Below, one piece after another: positions 38,856 through 47,200 of a stretch of DNA of 64,000 bases. The translations under genes were made by a program, and so were the position numbers. This DNA comes from Nitrospiraceae bacterium (lineage in GTDB: Bacteria > Nitrospirota > Nitrospiria > Nitrospirales > Nitrospiraceae): assembly GCA_050246315.1 (NCBI GenBank), contig JBFWWG010000001.1:192001-256000 (forward strand), read 5' to 3'. The notes beneath the pieces are model-generated. The model searched no databases, had not been told where the DNA came from, and saw only the letters and a list, made by a program, of their open reading frames with translations. Each line of letters begins with the position of its first letter. Positions within the stretch are counted from its first letter, which is position 1.

Positions 38856-39479
38856 ATGAGCATTCTCCTCGTTGACGACTCTGCGGATGCGCGGCTGCTC
38901 ATCCAAAGCATGCTCAGAGAAGCCGGATATCGGGACGTCCTGACGGTGCGCTCCGCTGCAGACGCATTCGTCAAACTCGGCCTGACTTCGTCAGACGCGG
39001 CGGCTCCTGCAATCGATCTGATCCTCATGGATATCGCCATGCCGGAAATGGACGGCATCGAAGCCTGCCGTCGGATCAAAGGCAATGCGCGACTCCAGGA
39101 CATGCCGATCTTAATGGTCACGGTGAGAGATAGGACGAGCTTCCTCCCGAAGGCCTTTGAGACGGGAGCGACCGACTACATCTGCAAGCCGGTTGACCGC
39201 GTCGAGTTGGTGGCGAGGGTCAGACTCGCACTACGGCTGAAAGCAGAGATCGACGCGCGGAAGGCATGGGAACGGGATCTCATCAAGACGGTCGAAGAGA
39301 TGAACCGGACCATCGAGACATTCACTGCGCTTACCAAACTCCTTCACCTCTGTCCCACTTGCAAGATTCTCCATAGTGGCCCCGCCTCCCCCCCGGACCT
39401 GGAGGACTTTCTCCGCGCCAATCCAGACCTGTCCTTCAGCCATGCCCTCTGTGCCGCCTGCGGTCCCACATCTCGGTAG
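38856..39479 (+). CDS. Response regulator (REC) with a C-terminal Cys/His metal-binding-like domain
   Basis: ILLVDD, DLILMDIAMPEMDG and DYICKP; tail CPTC...FSHALCAAC. Confidence 0.85.
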   Translation: MSILLVDDSADARLLIQSMLREAGYRDVLTVRSAADAFVKLGLTSSDAAAPAIDLILMDIAMPEMDGIEACRRIKGNARLQDMPILMVTVRDRTSFLPKAFETGATDYICKPVDRVELVARVRLALRLKAEIDARKAWERDLIKTVEEMNRTIETFTALTKLLHLCPTCKILHSGPASPPDLEDFLRANPDLSFSHALCAACGPTSR

Positions 39480-39644
39480 TGTCGTGTCCCTGATAGTCCC
39501 GTGATAATCCGTTCTTCCTAAACCAGTGGCGGGACTCGCCACGAACGAGCTTCTGGGACATCACCCCCGTGATCATTGAGCCATCGCGATCCCGATGACA
39601 ACCAGGTATGATGCGAGGAGGGAGCGGCAAGAGGAGAGCATGCG

Positions 39645-39797
39645 ATGAGCTTCGGAAAGACCATCCCGATTCTGCGCATCTTCGACGAAGCCAAAGCGAA
39701 GGAGTTCTACCTCGACTTTCTCGGATTCACCATCGATCGGCAGCACCGCTTTGAGTCCAGCCTTCCGCTGCACATGCAGCTCTCGAAAGACGGATAA
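39645..39797 (+). pseudogene. Truncated duplicate of the glyoxalase gene at 41713
   Basis: 39645-39793 is nearly identical to 41713-41861 and is followed by a TAA. Confidence 0.85.
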
Positions 39798-39863
39798 TCG
39801 TCTTTGTTGTACAGACATCGCCTGACACCGCGTGATGAGAACCGATGCTCCAAGGGGGACCAC

Positions 39864-40064
39864 ATGAGCAAGATCGACGATCTCAAAGCCGAAATCGAGC
39901 GCCTTCCCAGTGAGGACTTCGCTGAACTCTTCCGGTGGCTTTCGGAGAAGGACTGGGAGAAGTGGGACAGGCAGATCGAGATGGATGCTCACGCCGGTAG
40001 GCTCGATTTTTTGATCCATGAAGCACGCCGGGAGAAGTCCAAGGGGGATCTCAAGGATCTCTGA
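39864..40064 (+). CDS. Small putative antitoxin
   Basis: IERLPSEDFAELFRWL..DWEKWDRQIE.DA.AGRLD. Stop/start overlap with the toxin remnant. Confidence 0.7.
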   Translation: MSKIDDLKAEIERLPSEDFAELFRWLSEKDWEKWDRQIEMDAHAGRLDFLIHEARREKSKGDLKDL

Positions 40065-40316
40065 TGCATCGCACGACTGCGCGTTTCTGGGCTTCCTTCG
40101 CTCGCATCCCTGAGCCGGTCCAAAAGGTGGCGAGAGAGAACTTTGAACTCCTCAAGACGAATCCACACATTGCACTTCAAGAGGATCGGCTAGTTCTGGT
40201 CTGCCAGAGTTGGACTCAACTATCGCGCCCTTGCCGTTCAAGATGGTCCTGACTTCATCTGGGTCTGGATCGGTCCCCATGACGAGTATGAGCGGCTGAC
40301 CAAACGGCAGGCCTGA
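40064..40316 (+). pseudogene. ParE/RelE-like toxin with a frameshift and a nonsense codon
   Basis: MHRTTARFW...FELLKTNP, then in another frame LHFKRIG*FWSARVGLNYRALA...WVWIGPHDEYERL. Confidence 0.8.
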
Positions 40317-40470
40317 CCACACGTTGCAACGACCCAGGATCCGGAGCTCTCGGTGTTCATCTCCCGGTCGCTTCATTGCCTGCCCAATCCCGAGACCGCC
40401 ACTCGATAAGCAATCCAGTGGGATGGTTTGCCCTTTCCTCAAGCTTCTGAATTCCCCGGTGGCACGACGA

Positions 40471-40499
40471 TTGACAAGTTCTCGTAAGCGAGTGATATT
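40471..40499 (+). promoter_or_regulatory. Putative sigma70 promoter
   Basis: TTGACA-N17-GATATT, 22 nt before the ATG at 40522. Confidence 0.55.
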
Positions 40500-40521
40500 C
40501 CGTCCAACATACGTCGACAAG

Positions 40522-41547
40522 ATGGCCAACATCATTCGATCGATCGGTTATAGCCTAGGGAAGGTTCATAGCGGGCTGATCGGGTACCTCTGCCACCTCT
40601 ACCGAGAAGGCAATCGTGAGCCTTTGGAGTCATTCTGCGGGTCCCTTGGCGTCCGCATAACATTTAACCCTAGGCCTTGCCGAGAATGGAATAAAGTGGA
40701 CCTTGCAATCCTTGACGAGAATACCGGGGATCCTCGCATCCTGGTTGAGACAAAGGTCGACGACCATGAGGGTGGCACCTCCGACAGCACTTACCAGACC
40801 GTCCGATACGCCAGAGATTGGCCAGAGTGTGATGCTTACTGGTTCGTCACGCTCGGAATGGGGGAGTATTACCATACTCCCCGTAGTCACCGCTTCACTT
40901 GGGTCCGTATCCGCGAATTCCTCCGGGCACTTAATGCTGTCGAGTGCCCTGATAACGTTGTTATGCAGTGGAAGGAGGAAATCCAGCGAGAGGTTGATCT
41001 TCAAGAGGCCGTATTTCGTGCGGACCGAACCCACCTAAACGATTATCGAGCGGGGAGTTGGAACATCTACTTTCTCGGACACCTCGCGATGGAGCTACTC
41101 CCAGATTTGCGTGCAGAGTCAATAGATGTGGATCCAACCTGTTACACCTATGGAACCAAACCAGATACGATATTGAACTTCGGTTGGTCGCGACAGCCTA
41201 AGTATATGGAGGTGAACTATAACGGCAGGCTAAATATGAAAATCTCGCTCGATGGGTCCAAGTCTGCACGGCGCGAGGCCGTCGACCAGGCGATTCGAGA
41301 ATGCCAAAGGCTACCGTTCGATACCAGCCTCATCTCATATCATCCGAACGGCAAGATCGGCGACTCGAAGACCTTCGCCTCGTTCGATATCGGACTTGTG
41401 AATGAAGGTGACATCCTTCGCTACGCGTACTCTGCAGAAGAGACACGTCGTCGATTGCTCAACATCTTGCGAGTCTTCTATGGTGGGCAAGGCACCCTAC
41501 CTGAACCTGATCAGCCTGTTCAACCCACCTGCTCTGCTCGCGATTGA
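40522..41547 (+). CDS. Putative PD-(D/E)XK nuclease superfamily protein
   Basis: HSGLIGYL...REWNKVDL...LVETKVDDHE...YQTVRY fits the E..D..ExK..Q..Y pattern. Visibly lower GC than its neighbours. Confidence 0.65.
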   Translation: MANIIRSIGYSLGKVHSGLIGYLCHLYREGNREPLESFCGSLGVRITFNPRPCREWNKVDLAILDENTGDPRILVETKVDDHEGGTSDSTYQTVRYARDWPECDAYWFVTLGMGEYYHTPRSHRFTWVRIREFLRALNAVECPDNVVMQWKEEIQREVDLQEAVFRADRTHLNDYRAGSWNIYFLGHLAMELLPDLRAESIDVDPTCYTYGTKPDTILNFGWSRQPKYMEVNYNGRLNMKISLDGSKSARREAVDQAIRECQRLPFDTSLISYHPNGKIGDSKTFASFDIGLVNEGDILRYAYSAEETRRRLLNILRVFYGGQGTLPEPDQPVQPTCSARD

Positions 41548-41712
41548 GATGCAGCGACGTTTAACATCTCGTTCGATGCTTCAGCTCAGGGTAGCCTACT
41601 TCTAAAGCAGAATGGGAGCATTTTGAGTATCCACGGCTGGCGGCACCGTTCACACCATTACCGATCTGCCGCGCTGGATGCTCAGCATCAGATGCGGGAG
41701 GAGAAACAACCT

Positions 41713-42111
41713 ATGGGCTTCGGAAAGACCATCCCGATTCTGCGCATCTTCGACGAAGCCAAAGCGAAGGAGTTCTACCTCGACTTTCTCGGATTCACCG
41801 TTGATCGGCAGCACCGCTTTGAGTCCAGCCTTCCGCTGTACATGCAGCTCTCGAAAGACGGCTGCATCCTTCACCTGTCCGAGCACCATGGCGACAGCAG
41901 TCCCGGCGCCGCGCTGAGAATCGAGACGACCGAGCTGGAGGCGTTCCAGAAGACTCTTCTGGCAAAACAATACCCCTATGCGCGTCCCGGAATCGAAGAG
42001 ACCCCTTGGGGCAGTAGGGATATGTCGATCCGCGATCCGTTCGGGAATCGACTGACGTTCACACAGACCATCAGTACCGATCACCGCAGGCAACACACGC
42101 GTGATGAATAA
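41713..42111 (+). CDS. Glyoxalase/bleomycin-resistance superfamily protein
   Basis: IPILRIFDEAKAKEFY...LHLSEHHGD...DPFGNRL. Confidence 0.88.
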   Translation: MGFGKTIPILRIFDEAKAKEFYLDFLGFTVDRQHRFESSLPLYMQLSKDGCILHLSEHHGDSSPGAALRIETTELEAFQKTLLAKQYPYARPGIEETPWGSRDMSIRDPFGNRLTFTQTISTDHRRQHTRDE

Positions 42112-42203
42112 TGCCATCGTACGCGGGCGCCGCATCATGCTTTCATGGAGTCGACGAGCCTGCTTGGACCAGATCCGCACGATCTGGAGAAAGGAGTGAA
42201 CGG

Positions 42204-42572
42204 ATGAATGTTACGGAAATCGCCTTTACCTGCTATCCGGTCACAGACCTGCGCCGGGCTCGCTGCTTCTACGAAGACGTGTTGGGGTTGAAGGAATCCC
42301 GATTCTTCGGAACGGGGGACACCGGGTTCGTCGAATACGATATCGGACCCGGCACGCTCGCGATCGGCAACATGGCTCCTGATTGGAAGCCCTCCCCCGG
42401 CGGTGGATCAGTCGGTCTCGAAGTGGACAATTTCGAGGCCGCCATTGCGCGCCTGCGATCGAGCGGCTGTGCATTTCGTCTCGAACCGTTGGAAACGCCG
42501 GTCTGTCACATGGCCGTCGTGTCCGATCCGGATGGCAACTCCATCACGATTCATCGACGGAAAGCCGGTTGA
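42204..42572 (+). CDS. VOC family protein
   Basis: YPVTDLRRARCFYEDVLG...DPDGNSITIH. SD AAGGAG. Confidence 0.88.
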   Translation: MNVTEIAFTCYPVTDLRRARCFYEDVLGLKESRFFGTGDTGFVEYDIGPGTLAIGNMAPDWKPSPGGGSVGLEVDNFEAAIARLRSSGCAFRLEPLETPVCHMAVVSDPDGNSITIHRRKAG

Positions 42573-42781
42573 GGGAGCAGGCCGGGTACTCGGGTGCAGC
42601 ATGCCGGCTGGCGTCTCTCGACGGTCACGCGAGGCGATGCGGGATTGGCATGGCCGAAACGTTATTTGCGGCAAAGTCAGCGCGGACATCGGACCAAACC
42701 CCAGTGCGCCAGACGGGCTATCCGTGAATGATTACACCCATTCCGGAGGCGCGACAACCCTATCAGGCTGAGACGGCGGCG

Positions 42782-43144
42782 TTACTTGGATTGCACGGCC
42801 TTCCCATAGACCTGGGTGCAAACCCGCGACCATAGAATCCAGTATTCCATGTACCCATCCACTGTCACCTCAATCAGCGCATCGGCCCCTTTCTTCTCAC
42901 TGATTGCATCGGCCACAGCATCTTTTAACTCGTTGCCGCCCGAAAGAGGGAGGATTCCGAGCAGATAGTACACGCAGTCCTTTCCGGCGACGTCTCCCAA
43001 GACCGTGTAGCTGCCCGGCGTCAGGGGTTTGGTGGATGGTGCGATCCCGCCAGGGTGGGTTGCACAACCCGCAGTCGCTGCGATCATGACCGCAGCGACC
43101 ATGAACGACAGAGAGCACCGCCGGGTCCGATTGACGCTGGTCAT
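42782..43144 (-). CDS. Small lipoprotein of unknown function
   Basis: Lipobox TAGC; G.DC...ADALIEVTVD...CTQVYGKAV. Confidence 0.7.
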   Translation of the reverse strand: MTSVNRTRRCSLSFMVAAVMIAATAGCATHPGGIAPSTKPLTPGSYTVLGDVAGKDCVYYLLGILPLSGGNELKDAVADAISEKKGADALIEVTVDGYMEYWILWSRVCTQVYGKAVQSK

Positions 43145-43293
43145 TGATGTCCTCCTTTGTAGGGGCGACAGTTTTCTTGGGGGCTTATTTCGCATGCCGA
43201 ATGTACTTACGAGGCCTGAGTAAGTCAAGGATCCGTCCTCTGTCCCTGCGATCCCGCGGTTCTCCCTCGACAGAAGAGCTGTGCATGAGAGGC

Positions 43294-43370
43294 GAAGATG
43301 GTGTCACGGCGAACACAGGAAAATGGTGTCATGTCCAGGAAAATGGTGTCGAAAATGGTGTCAGGTCTTG
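43294..43370 (+). repeat. Four copies of GAA(A/G)ATGGTGTC ending in GGTGTCAGGTCTTG
   Basis: Copies at 43294, 43319, 43339 and 43351. Confidence 0.7.
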
Positions 43371-43771
43371 TCTTAGACAATTGCCGCCCCTCTCCTGCCG
43401 GTTTCATCGCACGGCCGTGACGACCGGCGTCTTGGCAGTTCATGACGAACCGTCACGAATCCTGTGTGGTCGTCCACGCACTTGCATGGCAAAGTCACGT
43501 TCTCCCCCTGCAAGCCTACTTTGACCACGGTTATTGCCGGGCAAGATCACAGATGGTCGAGTCTCCCGAGTCCTCCACGAGGCATGAATCGACAGGATGC
43601 GGGCTAGGAGCCTGTTCGACATTGCCGTTCGTGACGAAGCCAATTAGGGGCCGGCAGATGCAAGGCCGCGGACCGCGAAATACCGGAGGCGCAATCGCGG
43701 GAATACGTTGAGGATGTTTCGAGGCCGAGAACGACGCAGATGCCAGTGCATCCTTCGCCGCAGTAGAAAGG

Positions 43772-44275
43772 TCAATGTCGGACAGGTTCCTTGGATCGCC
43801 GCTCCAGCGCCAGCAGTGCGCGCTTCTTCGCCAGCCCGCCCGCGTAGCCGGTGAGCGACCCGTTCGAGCCGACGATACGGTGACAGGGCACAATGATGCC
43901 GATCGGGTTGCGGCCGGTGGCGGCGCCGGCAGCCCGCGCGCTGCCCGGACGGCCCGCGCGACGCGCAAGTTCAGCGTAGGGGATGGTCCGGCCGAACCCG
44001 ACGTCCGCGATTGCCTTCCATACCGCACACTGGAACGGCGTGCCGCGCGGCGCGACCTTAACGGTAAAGCGTGTGCGCTTGCCGGCGAAGTATTCCGCCA
44101 GTTCTTGTTTCGCCTGACGGAGCGGCGCATGCCGTGAATCCCTCGTCCACTCTTCTTGGATACGTGGCTGATACTTCTGCCCGATGAAATAGACCCCCGT
44201 CAGCGCCTGATCGTCGGCCACCAGCAACATACGCCCGTGGGGGCTTTGATAGTAGTCGTAGTACTGCACGATCAC
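43772..44275 (-). CDS. ogt: Methylated-DNA-protein-cysteine methyltransferase
   Basis: GTPFQ..VW, ARAAG and NPIGIIVPCHRIVG. Confidence 0.93.
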   Translation of the reverse strand: MIVQYYDYYQSPHGRMLLVADDQALTGVYFIGQKYQPRIQEEWTRDSRHAPLRQAKQELAEYFAGKRTRFTVKVAPRGTPFQCAVWKAIADVGFGRTIPYAELARRAGRPGSARAAGAATGRNPIGIIVPCHRIVGSNGSLTGYAGGLAKKRALLALERRSKEPVRH

Positions 44276-45717
44276 TCCTGCGTTGTTGAATGCCAGAGCT
44301 GCATCACCGCGTAGGCACGCCATGGCCGCCAGGCTTCACCGGCTTGGAGGACACGGCGCGCATCCCTCTCACCCAGCGCCTTCATCACGCCAAGATCGGT
44401 GTGGGGAAACGCATCGGGCCACGCGAGCGCCCGCATGGCGATATACTGCGCCGTCCATTCGCCGACGCCCGGCAGTGCGCGCAGGCTCTCCAGCGTCGTT
44501 TCGACATCGGCATGAGGCGTCAGCACGAGCTCGCCGTCCGCCACGAGTCGCGCAAGCGCGACAATCGTGCGGGCGCGCGCGCCCGGCATGCCCAAGCCCG
44601 CAATCAGACCGGGCGCTGTCTCGGCCACCCGCGCCGCGTTGGGGAACAGGGTCGTGAGTGAAGGAAACGGCGTCTGAATTGGATCGCCGAGTGCGGCGGC
44701 AAACCGACTCGCGACCGTTCGTGCCGCGGCAATCGTGACTTGCTGCCCAAGAATCGCACGCACCGCCACTTCAAATCCGTCGAACGCGCCGGGAACTCGC
44801 AGGCCGGGGCGACGCGCTGCCAACCTGCCGAGCGCCGTCGCCACTTCGATCGGATTGCAGGACAGGTCCATGAGCGCCTTGACACGAGAGAGCACCGGCG
44901 GCAGCACCCGGGCAAGCGATGCAGATACGGTCACGTGCAACGCGGGCCTCTTCGCCGACAATCCGATCCCGATCCAGCCGACATGGTCCTGCCCCTTCGC
45001 CGCCACACGTACCGTGCGGCGGTAGCAGGCCTCCTCGAACATCTCGACGCCGGTAATGGCCCGGTCGCCGAGGAAGGTGCTTACCGTTGACCAGTCATAG
45101 GGTGGACGAAAGCTCAGTTCGAAGTTCAAGACGTTGGCCGTGGGCACCGTCACGTCATTCCTATGCCGGCGCAACTCGGTCGGCTGCAAACGATAGCGTT
45201 GCTTGAATAGTGCGTTGAAGCGCCTGAGACTGCCGAATCCGCTGGCGAACGCGATCTCGGTGACCGGCAGTCGGGTATCGGTGAGCAGGCGTTTGGCAAG
45301 GAGCAAGCGGTGAGTCTGCGCAAACTCGATCGGCGAGACGCCGAACTCGGCATGGAACGCGCGCCGTACGTGCCGGTCGGTAATGCCGAGGCGCGACGCG
45401 ACAGCCGCCAGCCCTTCCGCGTCGAGTATCCGATCCTCGATCAGGGTCGCCGCGGCCTGAGCCACGCGTGTGGTCGCATCCACGCCGGCGTTGCCCGGCG
45501 CGAGCTCGGGCCGGCAACGCAGACAGGGCCGGTAGCCGGCCACTTCCGCCGCCGCGGCGCTGGGATAGAAGCGGCAGTTCTCGGGCCGCGGCGGCTTCAC
45601 CGTGCAGACCGGTCGGCAGTAGATCCGCGTCGACGACACGGCGACGAAGAATCGTCCATCGAATCGCGCATCGCGCGCCCGCAGGGCGCGGTAACAGGTG
45701 GCGTGATCGAGCCTCAT
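44272..45717 (-). CDS. alkA: AdaA-AlkA fusion (Ada Zn domain, AraC HTH, 3-methyladenine DNA glycosylase)
   Basis: RDARFDGRFF..IYCRPVC..RPCLRCRPE, IAFASGFGSLRRFN, ILGQQV, LPGVGEWTAQY and WRPWRAYA. Confidence 0.93.
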   Translation of the reverse strand: MRLDHATCYRALRARDARFDGRFFVAVSSTRIYCRPVCTVKPPRPENCRFYPSAAAAEVAGYRPCLRCRPELAPGNAGVDATTRVAQAAATLIEDRILDAEGLAAVASRLGITDRHVRRAFHAEFGVSPIEFAQTHRLLLAKRLLTDTRLPVTEIAFASGFGSLRRFNALFKQRYRLQPTELRRHRNDVTVPTANVLNFELSFRPPYDWSTVSTFLGDRAITGVEMFEEACYRRTVRVAAKGQDHVGWIGIGLSAKRPALHVTVSASLARVLPPVLSRVKALMDLSCNPIEVATALGRLAARRPGLRVPGAFDGFEVAVRAILGQQVTIAAARTVASRFAAALGDPIQTPFPSLTTLFPNAARVAETAPGLIAGLGMPGARARTIVALARLVADGELVLTPHADVETTLESLRALPGVGEWTAQYIAMRALAWPDAFPHTDLGVMKALGERDARRVLQAGEAWRPWRAYAVMQLWHSTTQE

Positions 45718-45724
45718 GGATGCC

Positions 45725-45767
45725 ATTATAGGCACGGCGGACGGCGCCTGCTCGCCGTTTTCGGACA
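45725..45767 (-). promoter_or_regulatory. Probable leaderless promoter with a candidate Ada-type activator site
   Basis: Perfect TATAAT at 45730-45725, 7 nt before the ATG at 45717 and no SD. TGTCCGAAAACGGCGAG (45767-45751) sits at the -35 position. Confidence 0.6.
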
Positions 45768-45837
45768 TGACAGGCGCCCAGACGAGATCGGGTGGGGAAC
45801 CTGCCGTAGGAGAGGCTCTGGCCTACCGTCCCAGATG

Positions 45838-45879
45838 TTCGTTCATGGTGAGCCCTTCGACTGGCTCAGGGCGAACGGA
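45838..45879. repeat. REP-like hairpin
   Basis: TTCGTTCATGGTGAGCCCTTCGACTGGCTCAGGGCGAACGGA; a related copy lies at about 11743-11782. Confidence 0.65.
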
Positions 45880-45979
45880 TTGTCACATGCACTGTAGGGA
45901 AACGACACTGGCAGGCTGCGCGTGTGACCTGAGACGTCCTTCCCTTTCGGGTCTCATCATCTAGTTTGTCAATACACTG

Positions 45980-46089
45980 CTAGTGTCCTGACTCAGAAAT
46001 TCGTCGAAGAAGTCCAGCATATGAAGTTGTCATCAATCAAGCAGTTGGCTATCAAGATCATGATGCGAACTTCGGAGACAGGACACTAG
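45980..46089. mobile_element. 110-bp MITE bounded by CTAG
   Basis: CTAGTGTCCTGACTCAGAAATTCG / CGAACTTCGGAGACAGGACACTAG inverted repeats with an AT-rich interior. Confidence 0.75.
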
Positions 46090-47099
46090 AAGCCTGTCAG
46101 CACCAACTTGCCGCGCGTCCGTCCGGTTTCGATGAGCGCGTGCGCCTTCTTGAGATTCACGGCGTTGATCGTGCCCAGCGTCTCAGCCAGCGTCGTACGG
46201 AGCACGCCGGCATCGACCAGGTCCGCGACTTCGTCAAGCAGCATATGTTGAGCCGACATGTCCGGGGTTTGATAGACCGGCCGCGCAAACATGAACTCCC
46301 AATGTAGGGACGCACTCTTGCGTTTCAGCAGCGTCGCATCAAGTGTCTGAGGGTCGTCGATGAGACCGACCTTCCCCTGCGGCGCGAGCGCCTCCACGAG
46401 TTCCGAATAGTGCGTATCAGTGGCTGTGAGACTGGCAATCAACTCAACCTCCGGAATCGCTCGGTCGCGCAGTTGCGAGACCAGCGGTTTCGTATGATCG
46501 ATGACGTGATGGGCGCCGAGTTCCAGGCACCACTGGCGCGTTTCCGGGCGCGAGGCCGTGGCGATGACCGTCAGTCCGGTCAGCCGACGTGCCAACTGGA
46601 TCAAGATCGAGCCGACGCCACCCGCTGCCCCGACGATCAGCAAGGTACCGGCACCAGGCGATTTCCCAGGACGAACGCCGAATCGATCAAACAGCAGCTC
46701 CCAGGCCGTAATCGTGGTGAGGGGCAAGGCCGCGGCGGCGGGATAATCGAGACTCTTCGGCTTCTTTCCGACGATCCGCTCGTCTACGAGATGAAATTCG
46801 GCATTTGTTCCGGGACGCGTCAGCGACCCGGCATAGTAGACTTCGTCTCCGACTCTGAATATCTTAGCCTCCGGCCCGATGCCGGTGACCACCCCGGCCG
46901 CGTCCCAGCCTAAGACCTTATATGGTGCTCCCTCCGGCGCGGCCCTCGTGCGTACCTTCACATCCACAGGGTTGACCGAAACGGCTTCCACCTTCACCAA
47001 CAGGTCGCGCCCACCGGCGGTAGGCCTGGGCATCTCAATATCCATGAGCGATTCCGCATGACTGATCGGCAACGGCTGTTTGTACCCCACAGCTTTCAT
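46086..47099 (-). CDS. Zinc-binding alcohol dehydrogenase family (quinone oxidoreductase-like, MDR)
   Basis: SVNPVD, LGWDAAG, GAAGGVGS, HWEFMF and GKLVL. Confidence 0.92.
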   Translation of the reverse strand: MKAVGYKQPLPISHAESLMDIEMPRPTAGGRDLLVKVEAVSVNPVDVKVRTRAAPEGAPYKVLGWDAAGVVTGIGPEAKIFRVGDEVYYAGSLTRPGTNAEFHLVDERIVGKKPKSLDYPAAAALPLTTITAWELLFDRFGVRPGKSPGAGTLLIVGAAGGVGSILIQLARRLTGLTVIATASRPETRQWCLELGAHHVIDHTKPLVSQLRDRAIPEVELIASLTATDTHYSELVEALAPQGKVGLIDDPQTLDATLLKRKSASLHWEFMFARPVYQTPDMSAQHMLLDEVADLVDAGVLRTTLAETLGTINAVNLKKAHALIETGRTRGKLVLTGF

Positions 47100-47200
47100 C
47101 TCACATCCTTTCAGCTATCGACCTCCGCTCCCCGTGAGCGGGGGTCGGTTGTCTCGTCCTCATCACCACGTCATGACATTTTCTACCAGGACTCGCCCTG

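Noticed and set aside
43294..43370. Mini CRISPR array
   Set aside because: The repeats are only 12 bp with 0-13 bp between them, and there are no cas genes
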